In this document: in pieces, positions 36,941 to 44,860 of the stretch
Position numbering within the stretch: the stretch's first letter is position 1
Layout: every line of letters starts with the position of its first letter
NCBI GenBank assembly: GCA_002688775.1
Contig: NZDH01000004.1
Coordinates: forward strand, 123,420 to 187,419
DNA from: Candidatus Woesearchaeota archaeon
GTDB taxonomy: Archaea > Nanobdellota > Nanobdellia > Woesearchaeales > GW2011-AR4
Direction of reading: 5' to 3'
Length of the DNA stretch: 64,000 nucleotides
The notes under the pieces: generated by a model
What the model was told of the DNA's origin: nothing
Databases searched by the model: none
The model's input: the letters and a program-made list of their open reading frames with translations, nothing else
Position numbers and translations under genes: made by a program

Positions 36941-38839
36941 TTATTCCTTCTTCAAAATTTCCACAATTGCTTTCTTTATACTTTCTTTATCGATTCCTGC
37001 AAGCTTTTTCTGTATGTCGGGCTTGCCATGATCTATAAACTTGTCAGGAATCCCTATTCTTTTTACATTAGCTTTTATTCCATTATCTTCCAGCAATTCC
37101 AATACTGCAGATCCAAATCCCCCATTAATTGTTCCTTCTTCCAATGTGATAATATTTTTTATTTTATTAGCATATTTTAATATCACTTTTTCATCAAGGG
37201 GCTTGACGAATCTTGCATTAACAATTGTTGCATTGCATTTGAGTTCTTCAACAGCATACATGGCATCATACAAAATAGGGCCTACGCCTAGAATCAATAA
37301 ATCACTGCCTTGTTCCAGTATTTCTGCTTTTCCGATTTCAAGCTCTCTTAATTCCGGATCTAAGCCAACACCAATACCTCCACCTCTGGGATATCTTAAG
37401 GTTGAAGGCCCTTGCAGTAAAGTAGCTGTGTAAAGCATATGCTGCAATTCGTTTTCGTCTTTTGGAACCATAATTGTAATATTTGGGACTAATCTGAAGT
37501 AAGCAATGTCAAATGGCCCATTATGGGTTGGGCCGTCATCTCCAACTAAGCCTGCCCTGTCCAAAGCAAATATCACTGGGAGATTTTGCAAGCATACATC
37601 GTGGATTATCATGTCAAACGATCTTTGCAAGAAAGTCGAGTATATAGCACAAACTGGTTTCATTCCGTTGATTGCTAGGCCAGCTGCAAATGTGACGGCA
37701 TGCTGCTCTGCTATCCCTACGTCAATTGTCCTGTCTGGAAAGTGTTTTTCAAATTTATTTAATCCAGTACCGGCCTTCATTGCTGCTGTTATGGCAACAA
37801 TTTTTTTATCTTCTTCTGCAATTCTTATCAAAGCATTGGCAAATGCGTCTGTATATGTAATGTTTGTGGATTTAACATATTTCTGGCCATTGATGGGGTC
37901 AAAGGGAGACATGCCATGGAATTTGTCCAGATCTTTTTCTGCAAATTCATATCCTTTGCCTTTTTCTGTTTTTACATGCAATAAAACCGGACCTTTCAAA
38001 TTTTTTACATTTTCCAGTGCAGTAATCAGCTCGTCAATGTTATGGCCGTCAATCGGTCCGAAGTATTGAAAGCCAAGGCTTTCAAAGAAAATTCCTTCGC
38101 TGTATATATTTCTCAGTCTTTCCTGTGCTTTGAAAACTTTTTCAAGTTCTTGTTCCCCAATTCCTGGGATTTTTTTTAATAAATTCCTTGTTCTTTTTCT
38201 TAATTGGAAATATTTTGGATTTAGAACAATCTTATTCAGATAATTAGAGATAGCACCGACATTTGGAGAGATGCTCATTCGGTTATCGTTTAAGATAACC
38301 AGCATGTTTGTTTTAGAAGCGCCTAGATTGTTTAATCCTTCAAAAGCCAGGCCAGCTGTCAATGCTCCATCTCCAACAATTACAACAACTTTATCATCTT
38401 CATTTTTGTAATCTCGGGCTTTTGCAATTCCCAGGGCTGCTGAAATTGAAGTTGCTGCATGACCTGCTCCAAAAACATCATATTCTGATTCTGAAATATT
38501 GCAAAAACCACATACGCCTTTGTACTGCCTTAAAGTGTGAAAATTATCCCTTCTTCCTGTAATAAGTTTGTGTGGGTAACTCTGATGTCCTGTGTCTATA
38601 ATGATTTTGTCTTTTGGTGCATCAAATATATAATGAACTGCCAGTGTCAGTTCAACTGCCCCTAATGGACTGCCCAAATGACCGCCTGTTTTTGAAACTA
38701 CATTCAGGATTTTACCTCTTATTTCCTGTGCAAGAACTTTAAGCTGGTCTTTGCCCAGTTTCTTAAGGTCATTTGGGAAATTAACTTTATCAAGAAAACT
38801 AGTCTTTTCTAGATGGTCCTGTTGTTGCATTAAACACAC
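36941..38839 (-). CDS. dxs: 1-deoxy-D-xylulose-5-phosphate synthase
   Basis: TGGHLGSPLG, the TPP motif GDGALTAG...NDN and the transketolase-like C-terminal domains. 632 aa. Confidence 0.95.
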   Translation of the reverse strand: MCLMQQQDHLEKTSFLDKVNFPNDLKKLGKDQLKVLAQEIRGKILNVVSKTGGHLGSPLGAVELTLAVHYIFDAPKDKIIIDTGHQSYPHKLITGRRDNFHTLRQYKGVCGFCNISESEYDVFGAGHAATSISAALGIAKARDYKNEDDKVVVIVGDGALTAGLAFEGLNNLGASKTNMLVILNDNRMSISPNVGAISNYLNKIVLNPKYFQLRKRTRNLLKKIPGIGEQELEKVFKAQERLRNIYSEGIFFESLGFQYFGPIDGHNIDELITALENVKNLKGPVLLHVKTEKGKGYEFAEKDLDKFHGMSPFDPINGQKYVKSTNITYTDAFANALIRIAEEDKKIVAITAAMKAGTGLNKFEKHFPDRTIDVGIAEQHAVTFAAGLAINGMKPVCAIYSTFLQRSFDMIIHDVCLQNLPVIFALDRAGLVGDDGPTHNGPFDIAYFRLVPNITIMVPKDENELQHMLYTATLLQGPSTLRYPRGGGIGVGLDPELRELEIGKAEILEQGSDLLILGVGPILYDAMYAVEELKCNATIVNARFVKPLDEKVILKYANKIKNIITLEEGTINGGFGSAVLELLEDNGIKANVKRIGIPDKFIDHGKPDIQKKLAGIDKESIKKAIVEILKKE

Positions 38840-39137
38840 CCCTTAAAAATTGAAGTTTTTCAAGGTTTATAAAACTTTTCAATGTATATATAGAAAATAA
38901 AGAATAAGTGCATGTCAAAAACCAACAGACAATTTTGTCCCGTTTCATCGAAAATATAACATAATTGACAACAACATTGGACTTATGTCCATCAATCAAA
39001 GACTGATGGTATATTTTCGACATATAAAAAGAAAATGTTCGAAAATCCTACTGCTTTAGAAGATTTCCGTCACACTTCTTAGCATGTTTCGCATTTGTCT
39101 CCGCCTTTCATGAATTCCACCTCCATATGATTAAAAT

Positions 39138-39202
39138 ATTGGGGGTGAAGGACTTTTCCGGGAAAAGAGGGTTCAAACCCAGAGTTCCTTCAAATTCCCA
39201 AT
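39138..39202 (+). ncRNA. Candidate structured RNA (long closing stem with two inner hairpins) in the 550-nt gap upstream of rpl1
   Basis: ATTGGG/CCCAAT plus TGAAGGA-C/G-TTCCTTCA enclose CTTTTC-CGG-GAAAAG and GGGT-TCAA-ACCC. Locally GC-rich. Strand not established. Confidence 0.3.
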
Positions 39203-39388
39203 AATACTAGAAAGAGTATATTTGCTTTATATTCTATCTACAAGTGTTAAAGCATGGTTTGAAGGTTTAAATTAAGTGGATTAATAAACGGTGTTTATGA
39301 TTAAAAGGGAGTTTGTCATAGTTAACTTTAAAAACTCCATAATATTTCCTTATCTATTACCCGTTGTACTACCTAGGTAGGAGGGCAG

Positions 39389-40069
39389 ATGAACAAAGAA
39401 CAAATACAAGCTGCATTAGCAAAAGCAAAGGATATTTCTAGCAAAAGGAATTTCAAGCAAAGCTATGATCTAATCATAAATTTAAAGGGAATTGATAAAA
39501 AGAAGCAAGAGCATCAGATTGACGCGTTCATAACATTGCCGCATTCCAGAGGAAAAAAATTAAAGATATGTGCCATAGTCGGGCCAGAGCTTGAAGAACA
39601 AGCTAAAGGCATTTATGATTCTGTTATTTTACCTACTAATTTTCAAAAATACAAGGAAAAGAAAGATGTGAAGAAGGTTGCAAATGAATTTAATTTCTTT
39701 ATTGCGCAGGCAAATATAATGCCGAAGATTGCAACAACATTCGGTAGAGTTTTTGGGCCAAGAGGAAAGATGCCAAACCCAAAATTCGGAGGGGTTGTGC
39801 CGCCAAACGCCAATATTAAGCCATTGTATGAAAAGCTGCAAAGGACCATTAGAGTAAACACAAAGACTGCTCCGATGATCCAGTCCAGTATAGGAACTGA
39901 AGACATGGACAAAGAAGAGATAACCGATAATGCGCTTGCTATTTACGACTCACTTTTACACCTGTTGCCAAATGAAAAACACAACATAAAAGATGTTCAC
40001 ATTAAGCTAACTATGGGTAAGCCTGTCAAAGTCGGAGAAAAACTTAAGGTAGTAAAAGAGACTAAGTAA
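39389..40069 (+). CDS. rpl1: 50S ribosomal protein L1 (uL1)
   Basis: Typical uL1 sequence and length (226 aa). GGAGGG Shine-Dalgarno-like sequence upstream. Heads the L1-P0-P1 cluster. Confidence 0.95.
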   Translation: MNKEQIQAALAKAKDISSKRNFKQSYDLIINLKGIDKKKQEHQIDAFITLPHSRGKKLKICAIVGPELEEQAKGIYDSVILPTNFQKYKEKKDVKKVANEFNFFIAQANIMPKIATTFGRVFGPRGKMPNPKFGGVVPPNANIKPLYEKLQRTIRVNTKTAPMIQSSIGTEDMDKEEITDNALAIYDSLLHLLPNEKHNIKDVHIKLTMGKPVKVGEKLKVVKETK

Positions 40070-40070
40070 A

Positions 40071-41336
40071 ATGACCCAGATACAAGCGCACGTAGCAGAA
40101 TACAAAAAGAAAATTGTAGGTAATTTGGTTAATCTGATTAGCAAAAATCCTATTGTCGGTGTTGTGAATATGGAGAATTTGCCAGCGCCTCAGCTGCAGA
40201 AAATGAGGGCCCAGCTAAGAGGCAAATTTTACATTACAATGACCAAGAGAAGGCTGATCAAACTAGCTTTTGAGAAAAGCAAATCCAAGACTAAAGGAAT
40301 TGAAGAGCTAGAATCACATCTTGGTGGAATGCCTGCTTTGATATTCACGAAAGAAAATCCCTTCAAATTAAGCAAGACACTGCAGAAAAGCAAAAGTCCA
40401 GCGCCTGCAAAAGCAGGACAAACAGCACCAAGAGACATTGTTGTGAACAAAGGAGCAACTCCTTTTGCACCTGGACCAATCATTGGAGAATTGGCTGTTG
40501 CAGGCATAAAATCAGGAGTTGAGGGCGGAAAAGTAGCGATAAAAGAAGACACTGTTGTTGTAAAAGCCGGAGAAAAGATAAAGCCAAAAGTTGCTGAGAT
40601 CTTAACAAGATTAGGAGTAGAACCAATGGAAGTTGGCTTGGATTTAGTGGCTGTTCTTGAAAATGGCCTTATCTATAAGAGGGACATATTATCCATTGAT
40701 GAAAGTGAATATATAAACAGATTATCAAATGCATCAAGATGGGCGTTTAATCTTGCAAATTTCGTAAGCTATCCAACAAAAGAAACAATAAAATTACTAA
40801 TTGGAAAGGCTTTCAATGATGCAAAATCACTTGGAATTGCTCAGGAAATATTTGATAAAGTGATTATTGATTCACTATTGGGAAAAGCAGAGCAGCAAAT
40901 GCTTAGCCTGAAAGCAGAAGCAAACATCCAGGTTGTTGAGAAAAAGGTTGAAGAACCAACTAAGGAAAAAGTTGGATCAAAGCCAGAGGTAAAAAAAGAG
41001 GAAGCTAAACCTGAACCAAAAAAGGAAGTCGCAAAATCGGAAGAGAAAAAAGAAAAAATTGAGGCAAAGCCTGAAGTCAAAAAGGAAGAGTCCAAACCTA
41101 AGACCGAAGAAAAACAGAAAGAAGAGCCAAAACCAGAGAAAAAGATAGAAGAAGTAAAGCCTAAAACTCAAGATCCAAAGCAAAAAGCAGAATCAACTGA
41201 AATTAAGGCCCCTACAAGAGAGGAATTAGAAGCAAACATAAGGATGAGGGAAAAAGAAAAAGAGATTAAGGATGTTGAGAAAATAGCTCAGGATCTTCAA
41301 AGAAAAGCAATTAAAGATCAAGAAAAGAAAAAATAA
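40071..41336 (+). CDS. rpl10: 50S ribosomal stalk protein P0 (uL10) with a long Lys/Glu/Pro-rich C-terminal extension
   Basis: The N-terminal 280 aa are P0-like (ENLPAPQLQKMRAQLRG). The C-terminal 130 aa or so are KPEVKKEE-type repeats. No GLxxLF terminal motif. Confidence 0.9.
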   Translation: MTQIQAHVAEYKKKIVGNLVNLISKNPIVGVVNMENLPAPQLQKMRAQLRGKFYITMTKRRLIKLAFEKSKSKTKGIEELESHLGGMPALIFTKENPFKLSKTLQKSKSPAPAKAGQTAPRDIVVNKGATPFAPGPIIGELAVAGIKSGVEGGKVAIKEDTVVVKAGEKIKPKVAEILTRLGVEPMEVGLDLVAVLENGLIYKRDILSIDESEYINRLSNASRWAFNLANFVSYPTKETIKLLIGKAFNDAKSLGIAQEIFDKVIIDSLLGKAEQQMLSLKAEANIQVVEKKVEEPTKEKVGSKPEVKKEEAKPEPKKEVAKSEEKKEKIEAKPEVKKEESKPKTEEKQKEEPKPEKKIEEVKPKTQDPKQKAESTEIKAPTREELEANIRMREKEKEIKDVEKIAQDLQRKAIKDQEKKK

Positions 41337-41352
41337 AAATAATAAATAAAGT

Positions 41353-41682
41353 ATGGAGGCAAAAATGGAATATGTATATGCAGCAATGTTGCTTCACAAA
41401 GCAGGTCAAAAAGTCGATGAAGCTGGCGTCAAGAAAGTTCTTGAAGCAGCTGGCGTCAAGGTAGACGATGCAAGGGCTAAGGCACTTGTAGCAGCTTTGG
41501 AAGGAGTAAACATAGACGAAGCAATAGAAAAGGCAGCAGTTGCACAAGTCGCAGCAGCACCAGCAGCGGCTCCATCAGGAGACGGAAAGGCTGAGGCAAA
41601 AGTTGACGAAAAGAAGAAGGCAGCTGAAGAGAAGAAAAGCGAAGAATCTGCAGCGGCAGGTCTAGGCGCTTTATTCGGCTAA
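41353..41682 (+). CDS. rpl12: 50S ribosomal stalk protein P1 (L12e)
   Basis: [11 protein letters not shown]..., an Ala/Pro hinge and the terminal AAGLGALFG. The likely true start is the MEYVY Met at 41365. Confidence 0.93.
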   Translation: MEAKMEYVYAAMLLHKAGQKVDEAGVKKVLEAAGVKVDDARAKALVAALEGVNIDEAIEKAAVAQVAAAPAAAPSGDGKAEAKVDEKKKAAEEKKSEESAAAGLGALFG

Positions 41683-41705
41683 AATGTTGTTGTTGAATCA
41701 AATTC

Positions 41706-42593
41706 ATGACATCACAGCAAAGCCAAAAGGAGCTAGTTGAGGAACTAAAGAAACATAAGTTAGAGGTATCTAAACTCAAGACTGCTTTAAATGACTTAGA
41801 TAAGGAAAAAGAAAAATGGTTCAGCAGAGGATCAGGATACTCTAAAAAAATAAAAGATGGAATAGCAGAAATAAGGGCGAGTAAATCAAAAAGGGATTCA
41901 TTCACAAAAGAAGTAAAGGATCTTAAGGAAAAGAGAGACAAGCTTAATAAGCTATCTTCCAGTATTTCTGATGATATAATTGATTTGAGAAAGGAGAAAA
42001 CTGGCTTAGCTAAATTTCTAAAAATAAAAGATTCGCCTTCTCAGATAAAGGACACTATTGAAAAGCTGGAATTTACAATAGAAACGCAGCCGATGGCTTT
42101 TGACAAAGAGCAGAGTTTAATGAAAAAGATCAAGGCAATGAAAAAATTGTTTAAATCAGCCGCCGTTTTACAAGAATCCAGTAAAAAAATAAGGGATTCC
42201 AGTCATGAGATGAAAGATAAGAAAAATGATGCCAATGAATTCCATCTTTTGATCCAGGTTAAGGCAAAAAGAAGCCAAGAAATGCATAAAAAAATTTTAA
42301 ATGTATCTGACGAGATTAAAAAGATTAAATTTGACGAACAGGAAGCTTTTAAGAAATTCTATGAATTCAAAAAGAAATTTAATGAAGTTAACAGCCAGTT
42401 GAAGGAAAGATTAAAGATTATGAATGGCGTTAGAGAAGAACTAGACAAAATATATGCTGCCATAAAGGAAAAGAAAAAGGCAGAGCAAGACGCCTTATTG
42501 AAATCCAAGGAAGAAGAAGTAAATCAAAAAATCAAGAAAAAGCAGAAATTGACTACTGAAGATTTGCTGGTTTTTCAGAAGGCAGGTAAATAA
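41706..42593 (+). CDS. Archaeal coiled-coil protein (COG1340-like)
   Basis: 295 aa, continuous coiled-coil composition. This location, downstream of the L12e gene, is common in archaea. Confidence 0.45.
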   Translation: MTSQQSQKELVEELKKHKLEVSKLKTALNDLDKEKEKWFSRGSGYSKKIKDGIAEIRASKSKRDSFTKEVKDLKEKRDKLNKLSSSISDDIIDLRKEKTGLAKFLKIKDSPSQIKDTIEKLEFTIETQPMAFDKEQSLMKKIKAMKKLFKSAAVLQESSKKIRDSSHEMKDKKNDANEFHLLIQVKAKRSQEMHKKILNVSDEIKKIKFDEQEAFKKFYEFKKKFNEVNSQLKERLKIMNGVREELDKIYAAIKEKKKAEQDALLKSKEEEVNQKIKKKQKLTTEDLLVFQKAGK

Positions 42594-42614
42594 TAATCAC
42601 TAAATTCTAAAGAA

Positions 42615-42803
42615 TTACTTAGATTGGGTATTAAAAGTGGTGTATCTGCAAGATCCACATGTTTCCCTATTACCATGCTTTGCCATGAAAGTTCCAGAGC
42701 CGCATTTTGGGCATGACTTGTTTTTTCTTTCAAGCTTATCGCCGGTTTTATTATACATATTCCATCTTCCTGATACTTTTTTCTTTTCTTGAGGTTTTGC
42801 CAT
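42615..42803 (-). CDS. rps27ae: 30S ribosomal protein S27ae (eS31)
   Basis: 62 aa zinc ribbon, CPKCGSG...CGSC, with a basic N-terminus. Confidence 0.9.
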   Translation of the reverse strand: MAKPQEKKKVSGRWNMYNKTGDKLERKNKSCPKCGSGTFMAKHGNRETCGSCRYTTFNTQSK

Positions 42804-42820
42804 TTTTATTTATTTTTTTT

Positions 42821-42986
42821 ATTTTAATGGTTTTTTATCTTTATTTAATGAGTTTTTCGTCAATGGAAATTAGCCACATATACATTAATTATTTCTTCAC
42901 AACCACATACACAATCGTTTGTGTACTCATTTCTTCAGTATTGTACTGGGCTCCAAATATCAAATAAAAACTATTTTTTAAAAATA
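42821..42986. repeat. Intergenic repeat family R1, copy C (between the rps24e stop and the rps27ae start)
   Basis: Same conserved blocks as copies A and B. It splits the normally adjacent rps24e-rps27ae pair. Confidence 0.75.
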
Positions 42987-42987
42987 A

Positions 42988-43470
42988 TTATTTCTTATCC
43001 CCTTTCTTTTGTTCTTTTGCTTCCTTCTTGACTTCAGTCTTTTTTGGCGCTTCTTTCTTTTCAGCTGCTGATTTTTCTTGTTTTGGTGCTGGTTTAGCGT
43101 CTTTAGTCTCTTTCTTTTCCTCTTTTGGCTTTTCTTCTGTTTTCTTAGTTTCAGCCGGCTTTTGCCCTTCTTTTTTCTCTTCTGAAGGTTTTGATTCTTT
43201 TTGCTTCTTTATTTTCGGCTCAATCAATATTTTTTTCTTTTCATCAGTATAAACATAGGCTATAACATTAGCCTTTTTATTTCCAAAAGAAGTGTAAATA
43301 TGCCTAACTGATATTAATTTCTCGTCTTTTTTAAGGTTTGATGCTATCAGGGAAATAGTTTCCTTGTTAGAAGGAGTTGCATTATCAAATTCCAATGTAG
43401 CATTAATCAGTTTTCTTGACAATAATGGCTCTTCCTGTTGTTTTGTAATATTTAATTGCAAAGAAATCAC
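42988..43470 (-). CDS. rps24e: 30S ribosomal protein S24e with a Lys/Glu/Pro-rich C-terminal tail
   Basis: The N-terminal 95 aa or so are S24e-like (EPLLSRKLINATLEF...HIYTSFG). The tail has about 65 aa of KKEEK/PKEEKK repeats. Confidence 0.9.
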   Translation of the reverse strand: MISLQLNITKQQEEPLLSRKLINATLEFDNATPSNKETISLIASNLKKDEKLISVRHIYTSFGNKKANVIAYVYTDEKKKILIEPKIKKQKESKPSEEKKEGQKPAETKKTEEKPKEEKKETKDAKPAPKQEKSAAEKKEAPKKTEVKKEAKEQKKGDKK

Positions 43471-43664
43471 CTTACTTTAATGGCATAATCTCCTTTTGTT
43501 TTTATATCAATTTTTTCAGCAATCACTGATTTGTTTGCGTCAATAACTGAGAGTCTGCCCTGCCAGTTAGTTGAAAATTGATTAGTCTTGCATATGGGGC
43601 ATTCACTGCCTTCAACAAACATTTTACATCTCTTACAAACTTTTTTTTTCATGTTAAAAATCAC
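43467..43664 (-). CDS. spt4: Transcription elongation factor Spt4 / RNA polymerase subunit E''
   Basis: Zinc ribbon CKRC...CPIC followed by WQGRLSVID. The likely start is MKKKVCKRC at 43652. Confidence 0.85.
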   Translation of the reverse strand: MIFNMKKKVCKRCKMFVEGSECPICKTNQFSTNWQGRLSVIDANKSVIAEKIDIKTKGDYAIKVR

Positions 43665-43723
43665 TCATTGTCACTGGATATCCAGTGATTTTTAATATTT
43701 GAAAATCTTTGATTTTCATTATT

Positions 43724-44335
43724 TTATTTTTTACCCTTCTTCTTATCTTTAGGTTCTTTTTCTTTGGTCTCTTTCTTCTCTTCTTTTTTAGGAGCTTTTT
43801 CCTGTCCTTCCTCCTTTATCCAGTCTAATCTTCCCAGACCTTGCTGTCTCATTGTTAAACCAAGTTTTGGGTTTAAAATATCCTTGAATGACACAGCTAT
43901 TATTCTTGCCCTGCAGACATCGCTAACCTTCAATACTCTTTTTGATTCCTTTCCTGCAAGTGTCTTGTCTTTACTGAAGCTGACAAAATCATCCATCGTC
44001 TGGCTTATGTGAATCATGCCATCAATCGGCCCAATATTGATAAAAGCGCCGAATTCAGCTATGTCCTTGATCTTGCCAATGACTATTTCCTGCATTTCCG
44101 GCTTGAATGTAAGCAATTCAAATGATACATCATAGTAAGATGCCCCATCTCCTGGTATTATGATGCCTTCTCCAATCTCCTTCATTCCTGAAACATCTAT
44201 TACAATGCCCAGGTCCTTTGAAATGAAACCATTATACTTGGTTTTTATTCTCTTAATTACTGCCTCTTCCAAAGGGAGGTCGAATAGATTAGGAGGAACC
44301 CTGATATGGTCTTTTAATTCTACTTTATAGAACAT
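43724..44335 (-). CDS. rpoE1: DNA-directed RNA polymerase subunit E' (Rpo7) with a Lys/Glu-rich tail
   Basis: N-terminal Rpb7-like domain plus an S1 domain (GKIKDIAEFGAFINIG). Tail is KKEEKKETKEKEPKDKKKGKK. Confidence 0.92.
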   Translation of the reverse strand: MFYKVELKDHIRVPPNLFDLPLEEAVIKRIKTKYNGFISKDLGIVIDVSGMKEIGEGIIIPGDGASYYDVSFELLTFKPEMQEIVIGKIKDIAEFGAFINIGPIDGMIHISQTMDDFVSFSKDKTLAGKESKRVLKVSDVCRARIIAVSFKDILNPKLGLTMRQQGLGRLDWIKEEGQEKAPKKEEKKETKEKEPKDKKKGKK

Positions 44336-44388
44336 TTTAAACCTGTATTTTATGACTTCAACTAGTCAATACTTATAGTAGAATTGGT

Positions 44389-44787
44389 TCATTTATAAAG
44401 CTTTCTTTCAACCAATTTGAGGTATTTTTTCTGCCTTAGTATAATAACCGAAGAGCCCTTGTCAAGCACTTTGTTTTTAAGTTCCATATCCTGAGTTGCA
44501 ATAATAGTATCTTTATCTAGGTTTTCCAATATCAATGAATCAACATATTGTTCATCGGATCTGATCATGCCTATATTTTTTGATTTGATCAGTTTAAGCG
44601 CTATCTGAGCTGCTTTTTTGTTTTTTCCCTTTTGGTTTGAGATTATTTTTTTTAATTCATTGATTGATGATTCAAAAACAAATAGTTTGTAATTGAAATT
44701 GCAGATTCTATTGAATTCTGAGAATATATCTACTTTGAATTGCATGGGGATTAATAGGAAGTTTGTGTCTAAGATTATTTTTTTCAT
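44389..44787 (-). CDS. PIN-domain nuclease (Fcf1/Utp24-like, COG1412-type)
   Basis: MKKIILDTNFLL...ATQDMELK carries the PIN acidic residues. I start at Met63 of the track ORF because the upstream part overlaps a structured RNA. Confidence 0.75.
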   Translation of the reverse strand: MKKIILDTNFLLIPMQFKVDIFSEFNRICNFNYKLFVFESSINELKKIISNQKGKNKKAAQIALKLIKSKNIGMIRSDEQYVDSLILENLDKDTIIATQDMELKNKVLDKGSSVIILRQKKYLKLVERKLYK

Positions 44788-44860
44788 TAAGATTGAGATT
44801 AAAGCTGTGGATATAAATATTTCTATTCTGTAAAATAAAATTGTAAAATATACATTTGTC

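Noticed and set aside
31067-38839. The MEP cluster as bacterial contamination or a chimeric contig.
   Set aside because: It is contiguous with archaeal ribosomal protein genes on both sides, shares their AT-rich composition and codon style, and contains a copy of the host repeat family R1. A mis-assembly cannot be formally excluded without reads.
39138-39202. GGGTTCAAACCC as the T-arm of an unannotated tRNA.
   Set aside because: No acceptor, D or anticodon arms can be built around it. The T-like stem is only 3-4 bp with a tetraloop. I kept it only as a candidate structured RNA.
40900-41340. Periodic KPEVKKEE-type nucleotide repeats as a possible CRISPR array or tandem non-coding repeat.
   Set aside because: They are in frame within P0 (and likewise within S4, S24e and RpoE'). 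They lack the repeat-spacer regularity of a CRISPR array, and no cas genes are present.
42707-42967. 86-aa + strand ORF across repeat R1 copy C, and short ORFs inside the other copies.
   Set aside because: The reading frames are not conserved between the three copies: stops fall at different places and the peptides differ. Conservation is at the nucleotide level.
43671-43686. CACTGGATATCCAGTG, plus the CCACTGGACA repeats at 54167-54192, as origin recognition boxes (ORB-like TCCAGTGG core).
   Set aside because: These are only short core matches. There is no orc1/cdc6 gene, no AT-rich unwinding element flanked by inverted ORBs, and the sites lie inside operon spacers. The evidence is insufficient for an origin call.
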